Positions 39,277 to 48,248 of a DNA stretch of 64,000 nt are shown in pieces; position 1 is the stretch's first letter, and each line of letters starts with the position of its first letter. Source of the stretch: an uncultured Alphaproteobacteria bacterium (GTDB taxonomy: Bacteria; Pseudomonadota; Alphaproteobacteria; Rs-D84); NCBI GenBank assembly GCA_944389465.1, contig CALXML010000006.1, forward strand, positions 13 through 64,012, given 5' to 3'. The notes under the pieces are model-generated. The model ran no database searches. It had not been told where the DNA came from and was given only the letters and a program-made list of their open reading frames with translations. The position numbers were made by a program, and so were the translations under genes.

Positions 39277-42200
39277 ATGATTATGGTAAATTATAGTGTT
39301 GTTGCAGAAAATAAAGAATCCACCGTTGTGGCACAATATAAATCCACAAATGGCCGTGAAACAACATACCAATCCGAAGCGGAATTGGAAAGGACCTTTA
39401 TCAAACAATTGGAAAAACAGGCATACGAATATCTTCCTATTCACAGCGAAGAAGATTTAATAAACAACCTGCGTCACCAATTGGAATTGCTAAATGACTA
39501 TAAATTTACTGATAACGAATGGGCAAACTTTTTTAAACAAAACATTGCCAACCAGGCCAATGGCATCAAAGAAAAGACCGCAATGTTGCAACGTGACGGG
39601 CATATTCAATTGCTAACACGTGATGATGGCACCACCAAAAACATTTATTTGCTGGATAAAAAAGACATTCACAATAACCGCCTGCAAGTTATCAACCAAT
39701 ATACAACCGATGCTGGGGTTCACGAAAACCGTTATGACGTAACCGTATTGGTTAATGGGTTGCCAATGGTGCATATTGAATTAAAACGTCGTGGGGTTGA
39801 TATCAAACAGGCATTCAACCAAATCAACCGTTATCAACAAGATAGTTTCTGGACAGGTTGCGGATTGTATCAGTATATCCAGATATTCGTTATATCCAAT
39901 GGCACATATACAAAATATTATAGCAACACAACACGTGACCTGCATATAAATGAAGCCAAGAATAATTCAATCACACCACGCAAGAAAACCAGTGACAGTT
40001 TTGAATTCACATCTTGGTGGGCCGATGCCACAAATATGCCAATCACTGACCTGATGGACTTTGCCAAGACATTTTTTGCCAAACACACCATTTTGAACAT
40101 TTTAACCAAGTATTGCGTGTTTAACACCGATGACCACTTGTTGGTTATGCGCCCATATCAAATCGTTGCCACGGAACGAATTTTGAACAAAATCAGAGTG
40201 TCTTCAAATTACAAGAAATATGGCACGATTGATGCTGGGGGGTATATCTGGCACACCACGGGTTCTGGTAAAACGTTGACCAGTTTTAAAACCGCACAAT
40301 TGGCCAGCGCAATGCAGGAAATCGACAAGGTTTTATTCGTTGTTGACCGTCGTGATTTGGATTATCAAACAATGCAGGAATATGACCGTTTTGAAAAAGG
40401 TGCCGCCAACAGTAACACCAGCACCGCTGTATTAAAACGTCAATTGGAAGATTCCAATGCCAGAATTATAATCACAACAATTCAAAAACTGTCCCTGTTC
40501 ATTGAAAAGAATCCAAAGCATCCTGTATTTGATAAACACATTGTTTTGATATTTGACGAATGCCATCGTTCCCATTTTGGTATTGCCCACGAACAAATTG
40601 TCAAAGCATTCAAAAAATATCACCTGTTTGGCTTCACTGGAACACCTATATTTGCACAAAATGCCAGTGCTGGTGGCAAAGCACATTTGAAAACCACAGA
40701 CCAAGCATTTGGGGAACGTCTGCACGTGTATAGCATTGTGGACGCAATTCGTGATAAAAATGTTTTGCCATTCAAGGTTGATTATGTTGGAACAGTGAAG
40801 TGCAAGAACGCAGAAAACATTGAAGATAAAAAGATAAGTGACATTGACCGTGAAAAGGTTTTAATGGCCCCAGAACGCATTTCTAACAACGTAGGATACA
40901 TATTGAACAATTTTAATACAAAGACCAAGCGGAACGATAAATCGTTCTTGTTCAGTATTGTAACAAACGTTGAAAAGGTGGCCAGCGCAAAAGACCGTAA
41001 CAAGATTGAAAAAGTTAAACAAGCAATTCGTATGTCTGGGTTCAATTCTATATTTGCGGTGCAATCCATTCCAATGGCACGTCTGTATTATAACGAATTC
41101 AAAAAGCAGATGGCCGAACACCCTGAAAAAGGGTTAAAGATTGCCACCATATTCAGTTTTGCCGCCAATGGTGACGAATATTCTGATGACGGTATGTTTG
41201 ATGAAAATCCAGAAAACACAGGTGCATTGGATGCAACGTCACGTGAATTCTTGGAATCTGCTATTGACGATTATAACAAAATGTTTGGCACCAGTTATGA
41301 CACGTCCAGCGACAAATTCCAGAATTATTATAAAGACGTTTCACTTCGTATGAAAAACCGTGAAATTGACCTGCTGATTGTGGTTAATATGTTCCTGACA
41401 GGATTTGATGCCACGACATTAAATACGTTGTGGGTTGATAAAAACTTGCGTATGCACGGTTTGTTGCAGGCATTTTCACGCACCAACCGTATATTGAATT
41501 CTATCAAGACACACGGGAACATCATTTGCTTCCGCAATCTTGAAAAAGCAACCAATGAAAGTTTGGCTCTGTTCGGTGATAAAGATGCTGCAGGTGTCGT
41601 GTTATTAAAGACATTTGACGAATATTACAATGGTTATGAAGACAAAGGAAAACAAGTCCCAGGGTATAAAGAATTGGTTGATGAACTGTTGGAAAAATTC
41701 CCAATCGGACAAATGATTCTTGGCGAAACCGCAGAAAAAGAATTCGTGCGTTTGTATAGTGCAATTATCCGTTTAAGCAATGTTCTGGCTTCGTTTGATG
41801 AATTTGCGGATAAACAGATATTAACTGAACGTGATATCCAAGATTATGCCAGTATGTATATTGAAATGCACAGCAAATATATCAGAACCAAGGAAGCAGA
41901 AAAAGAAAATATCAACGACGACTTGGTATTTGAAATGGAACTTATCAAGCAGATAGAAGTGAATATTGACTATATTCTGGCCTTGGTTAAACAGTACCAC
42001 GACAAAAATTGCCAAGACAAAGAAATCAGGGTTTCAATTGAACGTGCAATAGATGCCAGTGTTGATTTGCGTAACAAAAAAGACCTGATTATGCAGTTTA
42101 TAGATTCTTTAACACCAGATTCTGTTGTGGATAGAGATTGGTTGGTGTTCGTGAATGAAGCCAAAATATCTGAATTGAACAAGATTATTGACCAAGAAAA

Positions 42201-42408
42201 TCTGAACAAAGAAGAAACATACACGTTCATCAGGAATTCGTTCCGCAATGGTTCAGTGCAGACAAATGGCCAAGACATTGAAAAGGTTTTGCCACCAATA
42301 TCACGTTTTGATAAATCTGCAAATCGCACCCAGCGCAAACGCAATATCATAACACGTCTGCTGGAATTCTTTGACAGATTCTTTGGCATATCTAATGGTG
42401 AATTTTAA
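39277..42408 (+). CDS. hsdR: type I restriction endonuclease subunit R (type IC-like length)
   Basis: 1043 aa. N-terminal nuclease region (VLVNGLPMVHIELKR), helicase motif I TGSGKT, motif II FDECHRS, motif VI region QAFSRTNR. Confidence 0.9.
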   Translation: MIMVNYSVVAENKESTVVAQYKSTNGRETTYQSEAELERTFIKQLEKQAYEYLPIHSEEDLINNLRHQLELLNDYKFTDNEWANFFKQNIANQANGIKEKTAMLQRDGHIQLLTRDDGTTKNIYLLDKKDIHNNRLQVINQYTTDAGVHENRYDVTVLVNGLPMVHIELKRRGVDIKQAFNQINRYQQDSFWTGCGLYQYIQIFVISNGTYTKYYSNTTRDLHINEAKNNSITPRKKTSDSFEFTSWWADATNMPITDLMDFAKTFFAKHTILNILTKYCVFNTDDHLLVMRPYQIVATERILNKIRVSSNYKKYGTIDAGGYIWHTTGSGKTLTSFKTAQLASAMQEIDKVLFVVDRRDLDYQTMQEYDRFEKGAANSNTSTAVLKRQLEDSNARIIITTIQKLSLFIEKNPKHPVFDKHIVLIFDECHRSHFGIAHEQIVKAFKKYHLFGFTGTPIFAQNASAGGKAHLKTTDQAFGERLHVYSIVDAIRDKNVLPFKVDYVGTVKCKNAENIEDKKISDIDREKVLMAPERISNNVGYILNNFNTKTKRNDKSFLFSIVTNVEKVASAKDRNKIEKVKQAIRMSGFNSIFAVQSIPMARLYYNEFKKQMAEHPEKGLKIATIFSFAANGDEYSDDGMFDENPENTGALDATSREFLESAIDDYNKMFGTSYDTSSDKFQNYYKDVSLRMKNREIDLLIVVNMFLTGFDATTLNTLWVDKNLRMHGLLQAFSRTNRILNSIKTHGNIICFRNLEKATNESLALFGDKDAAGVVLLKTFDEYYNGYEDKGKQVPGYKELVDELLEKFPIGQMILGETAEKEFVRLYSAIIRLSNVLASFDEFADKQILTERDIQDYASMYIEMHSKYIRTKEAEKENINDDLVFEMELIKQIEVNIDYILALVKQYHDKNCQDKEIRVSIERAIDASVDLRNKKDLIMQFIDSLTPDSVVDRDWLVFVNEAKISELNKIIDQENLNKEETYTFIRNSFRNGSVQTNGQDIEKVLPPISRFDKSANRTQRKRNIITRLLEFFDRFFGISNGEF

Positions 42409-42428
42409 TCAAAGGGGGAAATTGACAG

Positions 42429-42671
42429 ATGCCGTATGATTGTTCACTTAATTCTGCACACGCAGTGAACGAAAAATATAAACGCGAAGAAGCCGCGAAA
42501 CAGGTGCAATTGGTCAAAGAACAGAAAAAAGATGCCTATGATGCAGAAATGAAATCATTGGCTGAACAGAATTTGCAGGCCGCGATTAAAAACCAGCACA
42601 TCGCAAATAAAACTTTCTGGGTTGCTGTGGTTTCTGGTATAATTGGGTTGATATCACTGATATTCAAATAA
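42429..42671 (+). CDS. small tail-anchored membrane protein (80 aa)
   Basis: Charged coiled N-terminal part and a C-terminal TM helix (FWVAVVSGIIGLISLIF). Confidence 0.4.
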   Translation: MPYDCSLNSAHAVNEKYKREEAAKQVQLVKEQKKDAYDAEMKSLAEQNLQAAIKNQHIANKTFWVAVVSGIIGLISLIFK

Positions 42672-42684
42672 AGGGTTAATAGAG

Positions 42685-43125
42685 TTGGGTGAAATAATAA
42701 AATTTTTACAACAAAATGGTGATTGGATTGCTGGTTTGGGAATGGTGTTTTTTGCAGGCGTCCAAGTTTGGTTGATGTTTTCACAAAATCGTCAGCAGTT
42801 GTTATTAAAACGTCTAGAATTGCTCCAACAATTTGATGAAATAGCAATCAAGTTTGACGGTTCAATAGAAACAGCAATAGAAATCCAAGAATGGTTAAGC
42901 AAACACCAAAGTGTTTTTGCTGTATTATTAAAAAAGAAAGATGTTAAAACGGTGGAAAATTTGTTTAATTTTTTGATGGGCATTCGTAAATCCCCGAAAA
43001 CCAACGAAACACAAGTGCTTATACAACGTGTTAAAGATTTCAATATTATTGCCAATAAAGTCACGCTGTGTTTAGGTAAAGCCCGTTATGGAATGACAAA
43101 AGAAAACTTGATTAAAATCAAATAA
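42685..43125 (+). CDS. small N-terminally anchored membrane protein (146 aa)
   Basis: TTG start, TM helix WIAGLGMVFFAGVQVWLMF. Last gene before attR. Confidence 0.4.
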   Translation: MGEIIKFLQQNGDWIAGLGMVFFAGVQVWLMFSQNRQQLLLKRLELLQQFDEIAIKFDGSIETAIEIQEWLSKHQSVFAVLLKKKDVKTVENLFNFLMGIRKSPKTNETQVLIQRVKDFNIIANKVTLCLGKARYGMTKENLIKIK

Positions 43126-43460
43126 AAAGCAAACACATTATAACCCAGTGGGTATCACCCCACCCATAGATGTCACGTTAAATTCTGGTGCCACATAAAA
43201 AGAATGCTTTTTTTATTGTATCGCTGTTTGTAATAAACTATAATAATGCGTGAAACCAGACGGCAATATCCCAAAAAACATATTGTCGTTGAAACAGTGA
43301 AACCAAAGGACTAACAAAAGAACAAACAATTTTCTTGGGATACCAGTGGGATTTATCAAATCACAATTTATAAAAATTGCTGAAACTTGATAAAACATAA
43401 CCTGTTGATTTATGTGTTATATTGTGTGTTGGTATCTTATGTTTTTTTATCTGGCCAATG

Positions 43461-43505
43461 CTGTTAATCCGTATGTCACTGGTTCGAGTCCAGTTGCCCG
43501 AGCCA
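43461..43505 (+). repeat. attR: 45-bp copy of the tRNA-Asn 3' half
   Basis: Identical to 31743-31787. Confidence 0.9.
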
Positions 43506-43513
43506 AGGATTTT

Positions 43514-43539
43514 AAGGTCTTCGGTATGAAGACCTTTTT
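43514..43539 (+). terminator. ancestral tRNA-Asn terminator
   Basis: AAGGTCTTC-GGTAT-GAAGACCTT followed by TTT. Confidence 0.65.
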
Positions 43540-43582
43540 ATATTTTATGCATTGGTTAATCGCAAAAATTTAGGCAATTATT

Positions 43583-43595
43583 CAGCCATAGGTTG
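43583..43595. repeat. solitary array-type box
   Basis: ATTCAGCCATAGGTTGAATTT (core CAGCC-ATA-GGTTG), same family as the 45.4-51.2 kb array. Confidence 0.6.
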
Positions 43596-43691
43596 AATTT
43601 GTGTTTTTTATACAAATTTTGCCCCTAATAGAAAAACTTTCTAAATTGAACAATATTTCTATTAGACTGCTTGTGATGTCGGTTTAAGAAA

Positions 43692-43886
43692 TGTTATTCT
43701 GGAGTTGTGGAATATTACCAAGTGTCCAAATCCACATCAGATGAAAATGTTTTAAGACGGGAACAGGCTTCATTAGATGCCATAAAAGGCAGCTATCCTA
43801 AATACCTGCTGACTATGGATTTGGGTGGTGGCAACCATAATGGCATAGAACACAAGAATATATTGGATTGGCTGGTGGCAAAATAG
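43692..43886 (+). pseudogene. C-terminal remnant of an AAA ATPase (DUF4143-like)
   Basis: Frame reads ..GVVEYYQVSKSTSDENVLRREQASLDAIKGSYPKYLLTMDLGGGNHNGIEHKNILDWLVAK*. An upstream stop at 43674 leaves no N-terminal ATPase part. Family assignment is from memory. Confidence 0.4.
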
Positions 43887-43979
43887 CCACTGCGACCTTT
43901 ACCCATTCAAATAATTATATATGTCAGCAGAATTTCTTTTCTTGTATTTCGGTCAAAAAGAGTCTATAATTAAAAAAAT

Positions 43980-44011
43980 CCCGCGGGTCACCACTCCCCA
44001 CGGGGTTTTTT
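43980..44011. terminator. possible bidirectional terminator
   Basis: CCCGCGGG-N9-CCCACGGG (1 mismatch) flanked by an A-run and a T-run. Confidence 0.35.
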
Positions 44012-44132
44012 ATTGCGTGTTTTGCCCAATCTTTATGCAAAATTGACTGTCTATACCAAGGGCTGCAAAACGTGCCGCCAGAAGAGGGCGGCAGTATGAT
44101 AATTACAATTCAAAAACAGTTATTTTGGCTGT

Positions 44133-45308
44133 TTATCTATTAAAAAAGTCTTTTACTTTATCCAGTGCGTTTTGCACAAAAGACTTCTTTTGTGCCAGAC
44201 CATGGACTTTTTTTGTTGCTGTTGTCAAATTCTGTACTTGTTTGGTATAGAAATAATCATAAAAGGCTTCAATGGGCACGCCAATTCCACCATTATTATC
44301 CGCAGAAATAAATACACCGGTTATACCCAAATGTTTCAGTTGTTCCTGTATACCCTGTGTTGTTTCCGCGCCGGTTCGGGCCGCCAGCTGGCTGGGTACG
44401 GGGGAAAACCAAACCACTTTATCTTCTAGGGTTGAATTAGCCATCAAATCTGTTTTGCGAATTTTCCCCAATGTGTCAAGTTCGTGAATCCGTAATGCGC
44501 CACTTGTAATTTCCAGAAAATCTTTTGGTGCGGCCCGCCATGCATCAATTATTGCCGGTAAATATATTATATGATTTCTGTAGTATTGATATGGACTGCG
44601 TTCATTATATGGCATTCCTTCTGCAAATTCACTGTTAGCAGATTGTAATAATGCGTCTATGTCCGCGGCGGGCAATTCCATATTTAATGCGCGCTGTTTA
44701 AATATTGCCGCAGGATACTTTTTCTCTAACATTTGGCAAACCAAATCCAATTCTGGATATGGATTTTTATTCATGTCCGGCATTTTATTCAACCAACCGG
44801 CGTCAGAAATTCCCTGTAACGGATACCATTTGCCAGACGCGATTCCGTATTCTGCTTCCTTGCCAGATAATCCGGACGATACATAAAAAGGCAAACGATG
44901 ACCATTTATAATTACAACAGCAATCGCGCGGCCCCCACGACCAACAATGCCAGACACTTTGCCGGACTTGGTCGGGATTAATTCTAAATAGACATTGTTA
45001 CCATGAACTTTGCCTATGGGCTGGGTTTCCGTCAAATCTGTAACACGCCCCCACATAATATTTTCTATGCGATTTTTATCTAATTGATTTTGCAAAACAA
45101 TAACCGACACGTTACCGTCCGGATATTCCAGACATGTATAGATAACATTTGGTCGTTGATTTAATTCGCCGGCAATTCGGTGGTATTCACTATCGTTGGC
45201 GCATTTGTGCTCGTAATATTTTACACCAAACTTATTTTTATCCGCAGGAACAAAATTAAAATCAGCACCTGATATACGATTTAATTTTTTTAATTGTGTT
45301 TGTTGCAT
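44133..45308 (-). CDS. hypothetical protein (391 aa) abutting the repeat array
   Basis: Long clean ORF with no signal peptide and no recognisable domain. Confidence 0.6.
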   Translation of the reverse strand: MQQTQLKKLNRISGADFNFVPADKNKFGVKYYEHKCANDSEYHRIAGELNQRPNVIYTCLEYPDGNVSVIVLQNQLDKNRIENIMWGRVTDLTETQPIGKVHGNNVYLELIPTKSGKVSGIVGRGGRAIAVVIINGHRLPFYVSSGLSGKEAEYGIASGKWYPLQGISDAGWLNKMPDMNKNPYPELDLVCQMLEKKYPAAIFKQRALNMELPAADIDALLQSANSEFAEGMPYNERSPYQYYRNHIIYLPAIIDAWRAAPKDFLEITSGALRIHELDTLGKIRKTDLMANSTLEDKVVWFSPVPSQLAARTGAETTQGIQEQLKHLGITGVFISADNNGGIGVPIEAFYDYFYTKQVQNLTTATKKVHGLAQKKSFVQNALDKVKDFFNR

Positions 45309-45358
45309 ATCGTATCCTTTGCGTCAATTATACTATATTTTCGCAAAGATATCTATAC

Positions 45359-45520
45359 AATTGGCGCGGGACGACCGCACCGAACAGTACCTATTATTTA
45401 TGGCGCACGCCACAACACACGGCACAACGCGCGGCAATAAAACATACGCGGTGATTGGATGAACCGCCGGCCCCAATAATGATTGGCGGCGCGTTGACGC
45501 GCCTGTGACGCCGCAAGACA
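45359..45520. repeat. GC-rich terminal module, left
   Basis: AATTGGCGCGGGACGACC...GGCGCGTTGACGCGCC... is the reverse complement (with small indels) of 51044-51194. Confidence 0.85.
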
Positions 45521-48225
45521 CAACCAGTGGTTGAATACACGGTTGATTTTCTGCCGGATATAACAGCCTATGACTTTGCATTTTTTCAAATCACGATTAC
45601 CGCAACACAACCACAGGTTGAATATTTTTAAAAATTCAACCAAATATGCAGATTACATCCGAACGGTTAATGTTGAATATGTTGTATTTTTGCCATAATG
45701 CTTGCGATATTAATACCAAATACAACCGATGGTTGAATTTATTGCGACGCTCAACCAAAATAATTGGACGATTATTGAATTAAAAGAACGATTTCGTTAA
45801 TGCCCCAAAATGGCAGGACAAAACACAACCTGTGGTTGAATATACTGCAACATTCAACCAATAATGACGCTGGCGAACCCCGAGCCACGAGAAGCGTTTT
45901 CAGCAACGCCCAAGATTAACAAGACTAAACACAACCTACGGTTGATTTTGTTGTAATATTCAATTAAGTATAGATAGCAAGTAATTGTATAGGCAGTTGT
46001 TTTAATATTTTGCTACAGTACCAAGATTAAATACAACTTGTGGTTGTGTTTATTGCAGTATTCAATCAAAAAATAATGTGCCAATTATTGGATTAAGAGA
46101 ACAAATTCATCAATGTCTGAAACAGCGTGGAAAAATACAACTTACGGTTGAATTTGTTGTAACATTCAACTAATGGCAGTGCGTTAGACTATTAGATTAT
46201 GCCCCCCAAGTTCAGTAACGTTTGGATTATAACCGTTAAACACAACCTGTAGTTGAATAATTTATAAAATTCAACCAAATACGCAGCTCTATGCCAAAAT
46301 GCCTAACAGAAATTACATTATATTTTGCTACAACCAGTACAATATTAGCATCAAATACAACTTCTGGTTGAATTTATCATAGCGTTCTGCTAACGACGGG
46401 CTCTGTCATTAAATTACAGATAGCGTTTTGCAATAATGTCCAGATTATCAAGAATCAATACAATCAGAGGTTGAATATTTTTAACAATTCAACTAAATAT
46501 ACAGGTTTATGTCCAAATAATTAGTGAAAAATATGTTATATTTTGTTGTCATAAGCGCAATTTTAACGCTAAATACAGCCTACGGTTGATTATATTATAA
46601 TATTCAATTAATCATAGGCGACAAGTGATTAGATTACAAACAGTAATTTTACCAACGTCCTATATTATCAAGCTCAAATACAACCTACGGTTGAAATCGT
46701 TGATATATTCAATTAAATACACTCCCAGCCAATTGCGCGGATTACCAGCATCAATTTCAACCTACGGTTGTATTTGATACATTCCGCACACCGACAGATA
46801 AAATGCAAACGGACACGATTTCAACTATAAATTCAACCTGTGGTTGTATTGCTCTTTGCATTTACGGACTTCTAATGAAATGCTAGACAAATGTATTTCG
46901 CAGGGCAATTAATAGACAATCCCCGACATTATGCATAATAATTCAACCTACGATTGTATTTAACCTTGTGTTTCTAGTATAATTCCAACCAGATAAACGT
47001 AATTAACTACTAACTTACCGAATGTAATTTTTTACTCATGGATACAACCTGTGGATGTATTACATTTGCACAAGTGCAGACGAGCGGATAATACGAGAAT
47101 TTAAACAAAGTTTCAACCCTTGGTTGTATTGGGCTTTGCGTTTGTAATGTTTTACTTAATATAACAAGATAAGTTGCAAACAATCGTAATTTTGATAAAA
47201 TACGATAATTTTTTACAACAATACAACCTATGGTTGAATTTGTTTTGATGTTTCCAGTATTTGCATCTATAAGGTTGGCAAACGTCTATAATCAGCGGCA
47301 AAATTGTTGACAACTCTCATTAGCGACATTTGCCGGTTTTGTCGCCATAAATTCAACCATAGGTTGTATTGTGGTTCGGGTTTTCCGCAATTTTTCTGTG
47401 CCGCCCCCAAAAGCATCAACCAAGCGACTACACCGCACAATGTAACTATTTTAAAAGTTCAATCCACATTAGGCACAATGACCAAATACAACTATGAGTT
47501 GAATATTACTTCTGATTTCTGCCGATTGTGCGAGCGTACAAGTTACACCGTCCTGTGTGATGGAATAATGTTTTTTCTGTTCTCCAATTGTCTGTTACGA
47601 AATTTGAACACTTTCGGAAGCCCGACCAAGTAAATTGCTATCTAAATGACTGATATGCATCGCCATGTGTGTAATATCAATACTAAATACAACTTGTGAT
47701 TGAATTTGCTAACGTATTCAACCAGTTATAACACGGTCAGCACATCCGGACTTTTAATGACGATTTGATAAAACATCTAGCTTAACCCACATGAATACAA
47801 TCTATAGTTGTAAGAAATACAAATTTCTATTCTTTGTTTTGTCGCGGGGACACATTCTGTCACAATCCGATTTTTTCTAAATTATCGGTGCTCAATCACT
47901 GTATTTTTATTCTTGCATATATGATGGCGTACACGGGACAATTTTTAGTCTTTTTGACTAGAAATATTTACAATATTCAACTACTGGTTGATTGCTAGTG
48001 CTGAAATCCGGTACTATTTTAGAAAACAATTAATGCGTTAAGAGCCAATACTTTTACAGAATGTAAATATACTACCTTGGATTGAAAAGTTTAATAAATT
48101 CTATCACTGGTTGAAGCGCATAGCTAAATATCAGCGTTTTTAACAAATTAATAAAATACAAAATTTTAAAAATGCTGCGTACAATGATGGGTTGCAACTC
48201 TGAAAAAACGCTAAATACTAACATA

Positions 48226-48248
48226 AAATTCAACCAATGGTTGAATTT
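48226..48248. repeat. perfectly palindromic 23-bp box near the array centre
   Basis: AAATTCAACC-AAT-GGTTGAATTT. Confidence 0.85.

Larger units (their letters stand above)
31788..43505 (+). mobile_element. 11.7-kb integrative genomic island at tRNA-Asn carrying a type I R-M system
   Basis: tRNA-adjacent tyrosine integrase, Xis-like gene and perfect 45-bp direct repeats at both ends. Confidence 0.8.

Noticed and set aside
47304-47633. ORFs inside the array (47304-47633, 48482-48688, 45333-45581, 45398-45643, 51311-51511)
   Set aside because: They run across repeat units, lack RBS and have odd Cys/Phe/Leu-rich composition. The end ORFs are simply read-through of the GC-rich terminal module.
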